From: Alphaproteobacteria bacterium
GTDB taxonomy: Bacteria; Pseudomonadota; Alphaproteobacteria; UBA7887
Assembly (NCBI GenBank): GCA_965216755.1
Contig: CBDCGL010000011.1
Span: 2,752,001 to 2,816,000, forward strand
Direction of reading: 5' to 3'
DNA: 64,000 nucleotides
Each line of letters opens with the position of its first letter. Positions within the stretch are counted from its first letter, which is position 1. Made by a program: the position numbers and the translations under genes. This document shows positions 9,343 through 19,799 of this stretch, one piece after another. Below the pieces are notes generated by a model that saw only the letters and a program-made list of their open reading frames with translations, made no database searches and was not told the origin of the DNA.

Positions 9343-11013
9343 TTAACGTGCCTTCCAGATTATGAGGCTAGCGAGTGAAAGTATTCGGATCATGTCGATA
9401 ACTTTGTTGTGGTCAAAGCGCAAAAGGCCAAGGTGGGCTCCTTCATTGCGAATGACCCAGAAGGAGAGCAAGGCCCGAACGACCGGATTGTAGGCGCCGC
9501 CCGCCTTGATGCGCGCGATCTGCGCGAGCCTACTCGGCAAAGTGCTCTTGCCCGTATCTACGAGCTTTCCGTAGCGCGTAAATAGAGGGCAGAGATCAAC
9601 CGGCCCATTCACATTAAAAATGCGCCGAAGCTTTCGGGATAAAGTATCACCGCGCGGCTCAAGGCCTCGGTCGATAATCGCTTCATTGGCAATCATCTCA
9701 CATAATGTGGCCATGTTAACGAGTTCGGATGTCGAAGCCGCTCGGTGAATTGGATCGTCCCGCCGCTCCAGATCAACGAGCCGCCGGAAATGCCAGTAAT
9801 ATTGGTAAAGTCCTCTTTCTTCCAACCAATCGCAAAAATGACCTAATTCTGCTTCACTGACCGGAAATGGAGCCGGCAAAGGGCCAAGCGCTTCATCCGC
9901 CCATCGCTTTAGCGAGCGGATCGTCAAGGAGCGCTGCTCTTCCGTCCAGTCGGGATAAACCACTTCAAGTGTAGGTCTGAAATGACCCATGCGCCGTCCT
10001 ACGCGAGCGACTACATCGCGGGGATTAATCGCCGTCGCGCTGCGCAAGAACATGATCGAAGAATGGATGTTGCGCTTGTACTCCTCTGCTACAGCCGCAG
10101 GGCCGACCTTCTGCGCGTTATGCCACCACTCACACTGCTTGCCGATAAAGCTGATCACATCGTCTTCGGATAGTCCGCTTGCGCGAAACGTCTGATCCGC
10201 GATCTCACGTTCGCGTCGCAAATATCGCTGCCATGGCCTGTAGGGTATGCGGCCATGTTGATCGCGGTCGCCTATGAAAGTTTGAAGCGAGTTATGCGCA
10301 TAGGCATGAAAATACCCTACCGCCTTAAAGTGCCGCTCGTACTCTCTAAGCTCACGAAGTTCGCGGTAGCCCTCAATATTGACGCTCTGTTGTGAGCGTG
10401 TCCTTAGCTCGTCAAGAGTTAGCACATTGCCACGCAGGACTTCTGTTCCTAGATGCTCGTCATCAAGCGGATAATAGATATGCACGCCCGAGCGCAGGAT
10501 CGCAGCGAGCCAGAATATTTGCCAGTAGTGATAGAAGCTTGGCGTATCGTGATCGGGGTTCGAAAGGATGGGACCGCCATCAGTTTGATAGAGACGGACG
10601 CGGCGGTCTTCCCATGATGTGAAGCTATCGCGCGAAAACTCCGTCTGGATAAACGGACGATGCGCATCATCGAGCACGTCGAGCGCGTGAATGCTCTCTC
10701 CATAGCGGTGCGCATCGGGCCAGCGCGCGATGGCCTGCATGAGAGAGGCGGCGTCATTAAGGCGCGACCCGTCCGGCTCGATGGGATCGACGATATCGAC
10801 ATGCGGGTAGGTCTCACGGGTGCAACGCCGCAAAATATCCGCAGGCAGATTGATCCGGCACACGGGCGTCAGCAGACCTTCTCTTTCAAGAAACTCCATC
10901 AGCTCCCTTGCAGGAGGATGCGTGCTTAGATCGAGATCAACGGCGTAATCGCACAGTTCTTTTTGACGTATGTAGCGCCGCCCGAATCTGTTTTTTGTTC
11001 TTATTGGCGTCAT
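9343..11013 (-). CDS. Hypothetical protein with a C-terminal HEPN motif (RNEGAH)
   Basis: Start reassigned to ATG 11013, about 20 nt after the HerA stop (556 aa); RxxxxH near the C-terminus. Confidence 0.7.
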   Translation of the reverse strand: MTPIRTKNRFGRRYIRQKELCDYAVDLDLSTHPPARELMEFLEREGLLTPVCRINLPADILRRCTRETYPHVDIVDPIEPDGSRLNDAASLMQAIARWPDAHRYGESIHALDVLDDAHRPFIQTEFSRDSFTSWEDRRVRLYQTDGGPILSNPDHDTPSFYHYWQIFWLAAILRSGVHIYYPLDDEHLGTEVLRGNVLTLDELRTRSQQSVNIEGYRELRELREYERHFKAVGYFHAYAHNSLQTFIGDRDQHGRIPYRPWQRYLRREREIADQTFRASGLSEDDVISFIGKQCEWWHNAQKVGPAAVAEEYKRNIHSSIMFLRSATAINPRDVVARVGRRMGHFRPTLEVVYPDWTEEQRSLTIRSLKRWADEALGPLPAPFPVSEAELGHFCDWLEERGLYQYYWHFRRLVDLERRDDPIHRAASTSELVNMATLCEMIANEAIIDRGLEPRGDTLSRKLRRIFNVNGPVDLCPLFTRYGKLVDTGKSTLPSRLAQIARIKAGGAYNPVVRALLSFWVIRNEGAHLGLLRFDHNKVIDMIRILSLASLIIWKAR

Positions 11014-11032
11014 CGCATTGCACTCGCATAGC

Positions 11033-13171
11033 TTAGTCCGGCGGCAAGGCTTCGCCATTTGCCGGTGGGTCTTCGCCTTCGGCCTGCTCCCATGATGATG
11101 CGATAGGAGGCCAGTCTGGAGGCACACCCTCCCGGCGCAGCCAGGTACCCCAGAATTTCGGATCATCCGAACGCGGACGTTGTGGCCTCTGCAGATCACG
11201 AATGCGAATAAGCACAGGTGTTGGCACGGCCCACCCGAGAAGAATGGCCTGTTGCGAGGGAAGAGTTGGAAGTTCGCCGAGAAGCCCGCCCAGAGCATCG
11301 GGAACCAGGCGGCGGACTAGATTCTGGTCTACATCATTGACGATACGGTGAAGCAGGAACGAATTGCACTGCGCGAGCACGGTTGGTGAAAGCTCTAATG
11401 GGCGCTGCGAGGCAAGAACCAAGCCCAACCCGAATTTGCGCCCCTCTCGTGCGATACGCTCAAATGTCTGACGGCACAACTCAGAGGCTTGCGCGCTGGC
11501 ACCGACATCGGCGTCCCGGCGCACAAAACTGTGCGCTTCTTCGAGCACAACGACCGTGGGCAAAGAAGCATCATTTTCTTTGATGTGACGCTGCAACGCC
11601 TCGAAGATCAGGCGGGATATGACAGCAATAGCAATATGAACGACATCCGAAGGAACAAGCGAGAGATCGAGGATAACAAGCGGTTCCTGATTGCCTTCTA
11701 CCGGCCCTAGAAGACTATTGAGCCATGAGCCAAGCGAATCGGCACCCTCGGTGTCGATCACGGGGCGGAGCCCTGCATCGCCAAGCATAACCTGTATTCG
11801 GTTTATGAGCGGCTCAACATTGTTCAGCGCCTGCCCACCCGTTGCCATGGCAACGTCGTGGATGCGGTCGGGAAGCGCGGCGACATCAAAGCGAACGGGC
11901 GCATCCTCACTGATTTCGCCGTGCGTTGCTGCGATGGAAAAGGCGTCGGTAATCGTGCGGAGCTGTGCTAGTACGATTTGCACATCGGCTGGCTGAAAAT
12001 CGTTGTAGCCAGAGGAGTTTTGTGATGTCCAGTGGCGGCGCGCGCGCACTTGTTCAATCGGATCACGAATGGCGATAATGGCGTCTTTCAGATCAGCCGC
12101 GTCCGCGCCGTACTCTTCCAAGGTTGCCTCGTCGGTCTCGCTCAGCCCGAGAAGTCCTTCGAGCAATGATCCAAAATCACGATTCTGGGGAAACCCGGCG
12201 ACGCTTTGGGGCAATTCGGCATAAAGTTGTTCTACTTGACGCACATAGCCGTTGTAGCGGCGAGTGGCTTGCACACTTGCCGTCATTGCTGATGAGCCGG
12301 CGTTACGCAATTGCCGCAGCGCTCTTAGGAGTAAGGGGCGTTGCACTCCGGGTTGTGCGGAAGTGAAGGCAGCCCATTCCTGTCCGTTCCAGAGCCAGCC
12401 GGGCACAGTGAGTGGACGTATATCACCCTGACCGCCAACGGAAAAGCGCCGCACAGGCAATGTCCCATCGTTAAACGCCTGCGCATATTCGCCGTTGGGA
12501 TCAAGGATTATGAAGCGGGCGTTGGCAGGCTCGCCATTTTGCCCGTCCGGCTGGGCCGCCTTAGCGCTTTCCAGAGACCAGCGCACGATGCCTGCGACCG
12601 AGCACGACTTGCCGCTTCCGGTATTGCCCAGAACGGCAAGATGCCTACCAAAGAGTTTATCGGGATGGACCCACACGCGGGCGTTGCCTGCAAAAGGCGC
12701 CGTTCCGATTTGAATGAGTCTATCATCGGTCTTGGCTTCGACAATCGAGCGCAATTGGATAGCGCTCGGAAGGAGAACAGGATCGCCAACTGAGGGTAAA
12801 ACCGGAACACCGCGTTCAAGAGAGTAAAGCGGCTGGCCGTCTTCATCCTCGCCTTCGCGGAAGAGCGTCCCGAAGGGGATGGCAATCACGGTGCGGGCCG
12901 GAAAGGGAAGATCGACAAGCGCTTCATCCTTTTTACCGTTACCAGGCCTTGCGCGGACGATGGAGATTTCCTTGATAGCCGCAACGACAGCTCCGGTCTC
13001 ATTGGGAACCAGAACGTAGGCGTTTACTCGCGGAAAACCTGTCGGCGTGCCAGTATTAAGCGCTGTAGCCTGCGGCGTTTCGTTGAAAAGTGCGATACGT
13101 AGCTCGTCCGCTGTGACTGTTTCGACCCTGCCAACAGAGAGCGTTCCGATACGCTCGACAATCGTAGTCAT
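11033..13171 (-). CDS. herA: HerA-family ATPase of a SIR2-HerA defence system
   Basis: Walker A GNTGSGKS, Walker B VVVLEEAH, AREGRKFGLGLVLASQRP; N-terminal HAS-barrel-like region. Confidence 0.92.
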   Translation of the reverse strand: MTTIVERIGTLSVGRVETVTADELRIALFNETPQATALNTGTPTGFPRVNAYVLVPNETGAVVAAIKEISIVRARPGNGKKDEALVDLPFPARTVIAIPFGTLFREGEDEDGQPLYSLERGVPVLPSVGDPVLLPSAIQLRSIVEAKTDDRLIQIGTAPFAGNARVWVHPDKLFGRHLAVLGNTGSGKSCSVAGIVRWSLESAKAAQPDGQNGEPANARFIILDPNGEYAQAFNDGTLPVRRFSVGGQGDIRPLTVPGWLWNGQEWAAFTSAQPGVQRPLLLRALRQLRNAGSSAMTASVQATRRYNGYVRQVEQLYAELPQSVAGFPQNRDFGSLLEGLLGLSETDEATLEEYGADAADLKDAIIAIRDPIEQVRARRHWTSQNSSGYNDFQPADVQIVLAQLRTITDAFSIAATHGEISEDAPVRFDVAALPDRIHDVAMATGGQALNNVEPLINRIQVMLGDAGLRPVIDTEGADSLGSWLNSLLGPVEGNQEPLVILDLSLVPSDVVHIAIAVISRLIFEALQRHIKENDASLPTVVVLEEAHSFVRRDADVGASAQASELCRQTFERIAREGRKFGLGLVLASQRPLELSPTVLAQCNSFLLHRIVNDVDQNLVRRLVPDALGGLLGELPTLPSQQAILLGWAVPTPVLIRIRDLQRPQRPRSDDPKFWGTWLRREGVPPDWPPIASSWEQAEGEDPPANGEALPPD

Positions 13172-14448
13172 GCCGCCCCGCCTTCGCAGTCAGGCTCTCC
13201 CTGGCCCGTCTTTCCCCGCCGTTCAACCAGTTCACTCATTCGAATGGTTAGCGGATCAATGGCAGGCTTGGGCAGATAGTGTGCGACAAGCTGAGCAATA
13301 TCGCCGAAGTGTTTGCCAAGAAGGAGCGTGAGTTGCTGCGGCCTTCCAGCGCGCTCCACAAATGCAGAAACTCTTTCATGCGGCTTTTCACCCCAACCGA
13401 GAATGACGAGGTGCGTAGACGGGATCGTCAGCATGTCCCCGATAACTCTGTTGATGTGGTCGTCGCCAAAACCGAAGCCATAGCTTACAAGAACGTTGTT
13501 CGGCTGGCAGATTGATGATGAAAAATCGCGGAAGAGATCGGCATAGGGATAGGCAGCCGTCTCTACGTCCTTGACCGCATTGGGATAGATCATCACCGAG
13601 TTGCGCGGGCTATCAGGCACCGCAGGATGCGTTGCGTCTGCACCAAAGGGCAGGCCCGTGCGGTAAAGGCGCGGTTGTTCGTAGCGCCAGTCGAGCGAAC
13701 CGTGAAGCTTTGTAAAATGCATCACGCCTTCAAGATGGCGGGGCTCACCGCGAATACCCGGCGGCGTGTAGTGCATATCGATGTGCAGACGGGATGATCT
13801 GAATTCCGGGTCAAGTGCACCAATAAATCGGTCGATGATGCGAAGCCCGGCATGATCGCAGCCATGTTCAATCAAGCGGTCATAGTTGGTGGTAAATATG
13901 TGTAACCTTTCTCGCGATGCTGCGCGGCTGGCAAAACTCATCAGGAAGGAAACTAGAATCTCACTTGGCGAAGGCCCGCCAGCGGCGGGCACCGTGTTCA
14001 AGCCGTCGGCGATGCCTTTCTCAGTCGCAAGCACGTCCTTGATGAATCCGCCAAGCACATTGTCGATTGCCGCTTCCCAGGCAGGAGCGTCCTCATGTTC
14101 GAGAATTTGCAGACCGGCGAGAAGCGCGAGCGCGGCAGAAATTTGGTCTTCAATATTGGCGCTGCCACGCCCCATGCCTTCGGCCATCTTCTTCGCGTGC
14201 GCGTTAACCTTCTCCACGCCTTCGCAATCAAATTCGGCCTCGGCCATGGTGACGGGCGCGGCACCGGCTTGAACAGCAATGCCGGTGGTAAAGCCATTGC
14301 CGAGAAGAAGGGACAGGTGTTCGGCTTGAAAGACAGCTGACAGCCATGGCTCGATACGTCTGCGCCATGCGCCCGTATCACTAGCCGGGTCTTCGGGAAC
14401 GTGCGTCTCACCACCGATATGAACGATATGATCATGATCCCAATTCAT
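13168..14448 (-). CDS. SIR2-like NADase of a SIR2-HerA defence system
   Basis: [34 protein letters not shown]; 4-nt overlaps with both neighbours. Confidence 0.92.
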   Translation of the reverse strand: MNWDHDHIVHIGGETHVPEDPASDTGAWRRRIEPWLSAVFQAEHLSLLLGNGFTTGIAVQAGAAPVTMAEAEFDCEGVEKVNAHAKKMAEGMGRGSANIEDQISAALALLAGLQILEHEDAPAWEAAIDNVLGGFIKDVLATEKGIADGLNTVPAAGGPSPSEILVSFLMSFASRAASRERLHIFTTNYDRLIEHGCDHAGLRIIDRFIGALDPEFRSSRLHIDMHYTPPGIRGEPRHLEGVMHFTKLHGSLDWRYEQPRLYRTGLPFGADATHPAVPDSPRNSVMIYPNAVKDVETAAYPYADLFRDFSSSICQPNNVLVSYGFGFGDDHINRVIGDMLTIPSTHLVILGWGEKPHERVSAFVERAGRPQQLTLLLGKHFGDIAQLVAHYLPKPAIDPLTIRMSELVERRGKTGQGEPDCEGGAA

Positions 14449-15182
14449 GACCTTGCCGCCTCCGCTGCCACATGGCCTGCGAGCTCGCTGACAAAGGTCC
14501 GAAGGCCGGTCATTTCGCTAAGGTCTGAGTATTCGCCGGTACCGGCGCCGTTGCGCGGCGATATGATGACCGACGCCGCCGTGTAGAGTTGCTCCTGCAC
14601 CAACTTACGACACAAGATGTTGTAACGGTCGGCATAGGACGCAGTCTCAAATTCAGCAAAAACCGGAAAATGCGGTGAGATATCCTTGACCGGCGCGCGT
14701 GATTTCGGGGCATCCTCGAGCAACATGAGCCAGCCAACAAAGGGCCGCGGCTGTTCGCCGAATGCGCCTTCGCGATAGGCGGTCCACAGGTCGTGGGCAT
14801 TGCCGATGGCCTCTTCGGTCCGGTTGTTGAAATTGTTGCCGAATGACGGACCGACTTGGCTCTTGAACTCCAGCACCGCGACCAAATGGCCCCGATTCAT
14901 TACGAGCAGGTCCCACTGCTTCGTTGGCCGAAAATAACCCGGAAGCGTCACGACCCGGCGCTTTCTGTGGATGTCTGCGAGACCGAGACCGTTGGCGCGC
15001 ACGATCTCCACGACCAGCGCGACGAACCCATCCATATTCTTGCCCGCCGTGACACCAGCGCGCTCGCCCTGATCTGCGTTGCCTGACTCGATTTGTTTCT
15101 GACGGGCCTGCTCACGATTGCCCCAGAACGCCTGAACAGCCTCGCGCGCCTTTTGTTCGTAATTTGCCAGATCAATCGCCAT
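14445..15182 (-). CDS. PaeR7I/XhoI-family type II restriction endonuclease (predicted site CTCGAG)
   Basis: [12 protein letters not shown]...[23 protein letters not shown] family signature. Confidence 0.88.
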   Translation of the reverse strand: MAIDLANYEQKAREAVQAFWGNREQARQKQIESGNADQGERAGVTAGKNMDGFVALVVEIVRANGLGLADIHRKRRVVTLPGYFRPTKQWDLLVMNRGHLVAVLEFKSQVGPSFGNNFNNRTEEAIGNAHDLWTAYREGAFGEQPRPFVGWLMLLEDAPKSRAPVKDISPHFPVFAEFETASYADRYNILCRKLVQEQLYTAASVIISPRNGAGTGEYSDLSEMTGLRTFVSELAGHVAAEAARS

Positions 15183-15193
15183 GCCCGTCTTTC

Positions 15194-16924
15194 TTATGCG
15201 TTTCCGTTTCCTCCGAGTGCGGCCCTCTCATCCTTGGACAAGCGATAGAGCTTGAATGCCGCCTTGTTGCAGGCCTCCGTATCACCGCGTTGTGCCGCCT
15301 TGATTAGCGCGCCCTTGATATCGGCAGGCACGTCCTGCCAGCGCGGCAGGCGAATTCGCCGCAGGTATTGCGCCTGAAAGCGGAAATAGCCACCCCGCAT
15401 CTGCGTTGAGTAGATCGAAACGAACAATCGTGCAATCCCTGATTGCAGCACAGACTGCAAAGCCTTCAAGTCCCATTTATCGGACGTGATGAAATAAAGA
15501 TTGTGGTGCGGGTAAAGCTTGCCGTCCTCATAGACGATATGGGCTTCACCCTTGATGTCGGGGATGAGCAGCTTCGGCTTGGTGGCGAGTACCGGGTAAA
15601 TCCGGTCAATGGTACGATACCAGTTTGCCGGTGCTTTTTTTGCAATATGCCGTTTGGCGATCTTGTCCTTGCGCGCTTCCAGATAGGCGCGCAGCTTGGG
15701 GTAGTTGCCGAGATCAACAAGCCCGACTTCATCGGCGAACGGATTGACGATGCCAAGCCCACGCCATTTGACCTCGCCGCTCAAGATATCGCGCGTCATG
15801 ACCAGCGGCAGCTTGCGGTCCGGCTCCACGTCAAGTTCGTCGAAGGGGCCGATAAAAGCCTTGTCATTGCCGGTTGCAACACCGATCCCGACCTTGCACC
15901 CGGCTTCTTCGATAAGCGGAAACTCGCTTTCCAGCCTGCGCACAAGGGCAAGCTGATCCGGGGATTCGAGTATCCAGGGTTCCGTTCCCGCCGCGACCCC
16001 CGCTAGCTCTTTGACAACGGAATCCGGACCCGGCACGTGTTTGGAAAGCAGCTGTTTGCCTAATGATCGCAGCGCTTTGTGGCTAATCCCCGGGCGGCGC
16101 GCGATGCGGGTCTTTCCCGGCTTTTCGTTGGCGATGATGGTAATGGCCGGATAAGCGATCACATCCGCATGGAAAGCAGGCGTATTCACCATGTCCACAT
16201 AGACCTTCAAGTGAAAACGCTCGGCAACAAGCTGCCGAAGCTGCCTGCCATAACGGTTCTTCATCCACCTGTCGGCGCAGATGAAACCGAGCGCGCTTTT
16301 TGTGCGAAGCAGATTCAGTGAGCGCTCGATGAAGGGGATATAGAGGTCGGCCCTGTCGAAGATCGTTTTGTACCGTGCACGGTACTCTGCCATCAGAGCG
16401 TCCGGAATAAGTTCCTGCCGAACGTAAGGTGGGTTGCCAACTACGTAGTCGAATGCGTCGGGTATGGGTGTGAGAAGAAAATCCCCACATACCAGCCAGG
16501 TATTTGTGAGACGCTCCGCATCACGATACTTTATCCCAGCTTCTATGAGCTGCGTGACAACGCGTTTACGCGTTGCTGAAAACGTGCTCTTGTGAAGCTC
16601 AACCGCTTTGATGCTGTCTTTGAGGCTCTCGAACGCATTGCCCTTTCCGCGGTGTCGCCGCCATGCTTCGAGCAAGCGCTCGACGATGATCAGAAGAAAA
16701 TCCCCCTCGCCAAATGAGGGCTCTAGGAGGCGGCGCTCGAATAGAGGCTTGTTGGGCGTGTAGCCCAAGAGGTCGAGAATGAACTCTACAACTTCGCGGC
16801 GCGTGTAGATTGCGCCTCGTTCTTCAATACCGGCAACAGCAAGATCTTTTAATGCATCCTCAACCGGACACATACCTGGAATCGACATCTGGCGGAGCTG
16901 AGGGTGTGCTGGTTCCGGCATCAA
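15194..16924 (-). CDS. N6-adenine DNA methyltransferase, gamma class (M.PaeR7I/M.XhoI-like)
   Basis: Motif [11 protein letters not shown] precedes motif IV GNPPY; TaqI-like C-terminal target recognition region; adjacent to the REase. Confidence 0.92.
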   Translation of the reverse strand: MMPEPAHPQLRQMSIPGMCPVEDALKDLAVAGIEERGAIYTRREVVEFILDLLGYTPNKPLFERRLLEPSFGEGDFLLIIVERLLEAWRRHRGKGNAFESLKDSIKAVELHKSTFSATRKRVVTQLIEAGIKYRDAERLTNTWLVCGDFLLTPIPDAFDYVVGNPPYVRQELIPDALMAEYRARYKTIFDRADLYIPFIERSLNLLRTKSALGFICADRWMKNRYGRQLRQLVAERFHLKVYVDMVNTPAFHADVIAYPAITIIANEKPGKTRIARRPGISHKALRSLGKQLLSKHVPGPDSVVKELAGVAAGTEPWILESPDQLALVRRLESEFPLIEEAGCKVGIGVATGNDKAFIGPFDELDVEPDRKLPLVMTRDILSGEVKWRGLGIVNPFADEVGLVDLGNYPKLRAYLEARKDKIAKRHIAKKAPANWYRTIDRIYPVLATKPKLLIPDIKGEAHIVYEDGKLYPHHNLYFITSDKWDLKALQSVLQSGIARLFVSIYSTQMRGGYFRFQAQYLRRIRLPRWQDVPADIKGALIKAAQRGDTEACNKAAFKLYRLSKDERAALGGNGNA

Positions 16925-17142
16925 TAAGTCTCTCCCGCTTTGGCCTGTTCCAATTCGCCGAGAGTCACCTCGATGGTCCCGCCATTCCTGTGACGCTGCA
17001 AAAACTCGCGCATGGATCGTCGAATGAGCCAGGAAGCCGTGACTTCGCTGTTCCGGGCCAGTTTGTCGAACGCGGCGTAGTCATCCGGATCGACCGTCAC
17101 CGTAATTCGCTTCATCGGCTTAAGTATTTTACGCTTCGGCAT
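16921..17142 (-). CDS. CopG/ribbon-helix-helix transcriptional regulator
   Basis: [20 protein letters not shown]...[12 protein letters not shown]; overlaps the MTase start; start codon uncertain. Confidence 0.8.
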   Translation of the reverse strand: MPKRKILKPMKRITVTVDPDDYAAFDKLARNSEVTASWLIRRSMREFLQRHRNGGTIEVTLGELEQAKAGETY

Positions 17143-17188
17143 AGTTTGCATATCTCTGATGCATAGTTTCATAGCGCATAATACCATA
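17139..17188. promoter_or_regulatory. Putative RHH operator repeats
   Basis: GCATAGTTT at 17139 and 17161 (22 bp apart) plus further (G)CATA units. Confidence 0.45.
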
Positions 17189-17540
17189 TCTGCGACGATT
17201 TAAAAGAAGGCATACCAAATCTGGGGGTGCAAATCGCTGTAAGCCGCGCAGCTCGCCGCATTCAAGAAAGGTTCCAGGTTATGCGCTAACGGCGATCCGT
17301 TCGTCGATGGGGTCCAGGGGAGAGCTGACATCTCCCCGGTCTCGATGAAATCGTCATGGGGTTTTCAGGGGAGCAGGAACGCGCCCTTGAATGGCGATGA
17401 AACAGCCACTCGTTTCTGCATGGTCCGGTGCAGGTGGAGAGGCATGTCTCCAGGTCCTGCGAGTGATTGACCGGCGATACGGTCTGCTGGCGCATGAAGG
17501 CTCGATGCCAGGCATGCGCCATGGGCCGGGGGGATGCAAC

Positions 17541-17600
17541 GGGGGCGCGCTAGCGGGCCCCCTTGCCGAGATGGCGTTGTAGTACAACGCACATCTTGCG
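17541..17600 (+). other. Candidate oriT
   Basis: Inverted repeat AGATG-GCGTTGTA-G-TACAACGC-A-CATCT ending in CATCTTG|C, similar to the MOBP nick consensus YATCCTG|Y. Confidence 0.55.
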
Positions 17601-17662
17601 CGCGCGCTAGTTCTGTTGCGCTGGTCTGTTGCGCGCGCTAGTCCTGTTGCGCCGGTCTGTTG
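17596..17662 (+). repeat. Short imperfect tandem repeats (TTGCGC...CTG) x4
   Basis: TTGCGCGCGCGCTAGTTCTG TTGCGCTGGTCTG TTGCGCGCGCTAGTCCTG TTGCGCCGGTCTG. Confidence 0.7.
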
Positions 17663-17739
17663 TTGGTTTCGGTGCAGCGCGGGGTCACGCGGTAAATTCG
17701 GCTGAATTCATACGGCAATGCAGAATAGGGTCATCTTAG

Positions 17740-18888
17740 ATGTCAGCCTCACCTGAGAACTTCGACCTGTTCAAACGCTTCGCAAGGGAGCGCCTACAGG
17801 CTTCAGCCTTTCATGCCGACGGTGAGAAAGACAGTGAATATCTTTTTCACGCGTCGTTGAACTCCACCGATGCTCTCATGGCCTGGGCGGCCGGTGCGAC
17901 GAACCGTTGTGGCGAAACCTTTGAAGTAATTCCAGGATTTGTCGATATCTATCGTCCCAATGCATTTGCGGACCGTTTTGAAAGCAAGTATTTCCTCGGT
18001 ATGTATTCTGCCATGTTCGTTGCCGTTGCTGAGTTCGCTATGTATTGCATGACTCAATCTGACTTCATGAGCGGCATTGGCAGAGCCGAATTGGAGACAT
18101 CTCCGTCACCTGAAGACAGTCACGCACCTGGCCTTTGGCTCATCAACCGCACGAAGATGGGTGGGCGTGTGCATGAACGACACAGCCAAAAACTCACGCC
18201 ACGGTGCGACATCCGATATCAGACTTCAATCTATCTTTGTTTATTAATGGCTCGATTTGCCTGGCTGCATGAAATGGCTCATGCGTTTAACGGACATGTC
18301 GCCTACACGTCCGCAAACGGCATGTCTTCGCGCATTAATGAAGTCGCAGAACCGCATGCTTTGGTCGAATATGATCTCGGTCAGGATAAGGAGGATGAGA
18401 AAGCGCGGGTAATGCGTTGCCTAGAATTCGATGCCGACCAATCCGCTTTTTGGGCCAGCATTAATATACAGATTCGTGACTTGGAAAACATCGAAGGAAT
18501 TCGTGCCATCGACCAAACCACGCGTCTATCCTTAGCTCTGTTCGGCGCCTACGCGATGACTTGGTTGTTTGGTGAATTTCAGGCGGAGTGCGGTTCGGTC
18601 AAGAATTTCACGCACCCTGAGCCGCATCTCAGGCTACAGAACCTAATCAAGGTTGGAACAGACCGGGTTGTGCCTTTGGTCAATGGTTTTGATGAGATCA
18701 ACACGCAAGTTTGCCGAGAGTTCGATGCTATTCGTAATTCGATTCCGGGGATCTTTCTGCCCGGAGACCTTCTGTCGGAAAGCGGCAATCGCCAAATTCA
18801 AATCGCACTGGCGGAATCTCTCGATCAGGTTAAGGCCATGCAAGAGGCGCTGCAGGCCTATCAATTTAGCGAAAAAGAGAGTCGATAA
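17740..18888 (+). CDS. Lit-like (peptidase U49/M48-type) zinc metalloprotease
   Basis: HEMAH...GH, EFDAD, THPEPHLR. Confidence 0.72.
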   Translation: MSASPENFDLFKRFARERLQASAFHADGEKDSEYLFHASLNSTDALMAWAAGATNRCGETFEVIPGFVDIYRPNAFADRFESKYFLGMYSAMFVAVAEFAMYCMTQSDFMSGIGRAELETSPSPEDSHAPGLWLINRTKMGGRVHERHSQKLTPRCDIRYQTSIYLCLLMARFAWLHEMAHAFNGHVAYTSANGMSSRINEVAEPHALVEYDLGQDKEDEKARVMRCLEFDADQSAFWASINIQIRDLENIEGIRAIDQTTRLSLALFGAYAMTWLFGEFQAECGSVKNFTHPEPHLRLQNLIKVGTDRVVPLVNGFDEINTQVCREFDAIRNSIPGIFLPGDLLSESGNRQIQIALAESLDQVKAMQEALQAYQFSEKESR

Positions 18889-18914
18889 AGCTGGGCGGCG
18901 CGCCATTTGACTCG

Positions 18915-19709
18915 TTACTCTACCTTCAGCTCCAAGAGGAAAAGGCACCTGCGAGATTTTGGTTGAGAGGCGTAGAACGTCGCGGCTCTGTCCAAAAGGG
19001 ATTTATCGAAAGCGACGCGATCCTGAAACGCCGAACGTAAATCCACGGGCGTAGGTTCAGCGGTTTGCATCACAACAAACCGGTGAGTGCCGCGATCCCG
19101 TACCTCACGCATGAAGACGGGCCTGCCTGACGCTTCATTGAGCCCAGGCAAATATATGGACCGGCTTTCGGCCTCGAATGTCGCCGCAAGGCCGCCCCAG
19201 GTTTGTTGAACGTTTTGCATGGCCAAAACGTACTGACCATGCAGAGACGACCTGAAGACGACCCTAAACCATTCATTGAGTTTGATAACTGCGTCTGGCT
19301 CAGGGGCATCGCCGACCGGTTCCGACTCGACCAGTTCCATGTTCGACCGATCTGCGCGAATGATGCTGCCGGCGTCGTTGATCGCTTCATCCTCGATAAG
19401 CCCGGCAAGCGATATTGTCGGCGCAGCTCGAAACTCGCTTTCAAGTTCGGATGCCGGTCCAAGAATCAGCTTGCGGACTTCGTCGTCAGGGCGATGGGCG
19501 GGGAGCGCACTGGAGAAAAGGTCCACAAGTTTTTGAAAACTGCCCTTTGGCACCGCGTTAGGCTCTCTATTGGCGGCACCGTCTGCCCACCACTGGATCG
19601 TCTTGGGTGATTTGCCGAGCGCGACTGCAATAGCGTCCCAATCCGAATAACAGCCGTAAGCGATCAGAATATTTAGCTTCTTCCGGAGCTCGGGCACGCT
19701 GACCGCCAT
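18915..19709 (-). CDS. Hypothetical protein with an N-terminal helix-turn-helix
   Basis: WDAIAVALGKSPKTIQWW; GAGG RBS upstream. Confidence 0.7.
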   Translation of the reverse strand: MAVSVPELRKKLNILIAYGCYSDWDAIAVALGKSPKTIQWWADGAANREPNAVPKGSFQKLVDLFSSALPAHRPDDEVRKLILGPASELESEFRAAPTISLAGLIEDEAINDAGSIIRADRSNMELVESEPVGDAPEPDAVIKLNEWFRVVFRSSLHGQYVLAMQNVQQTWGGLAATFEAESRSIYLPGLNEASGRPVFMREVRDRGTHRFVVMQTAEPTPVDLRSAFQDRVAFDKSLLDRAATFYASQPKSRRCLFLLELKVE

Positions 19710-19799
19710 TCTATGGTCACCTCTTCAAAACCAGCAGTTCTCTGGATTTTACCTGAACATGCCGCCCGCAAGGCGGGGCAGTATCACCCGTACCCGTGA

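Noticed and set aside
11014-11298. 5' extension of the 651-aa ORF in the track
   Set aside because: Overlaps herA in another frame and is not protein-like; ATG 11013 fits the operon spacing
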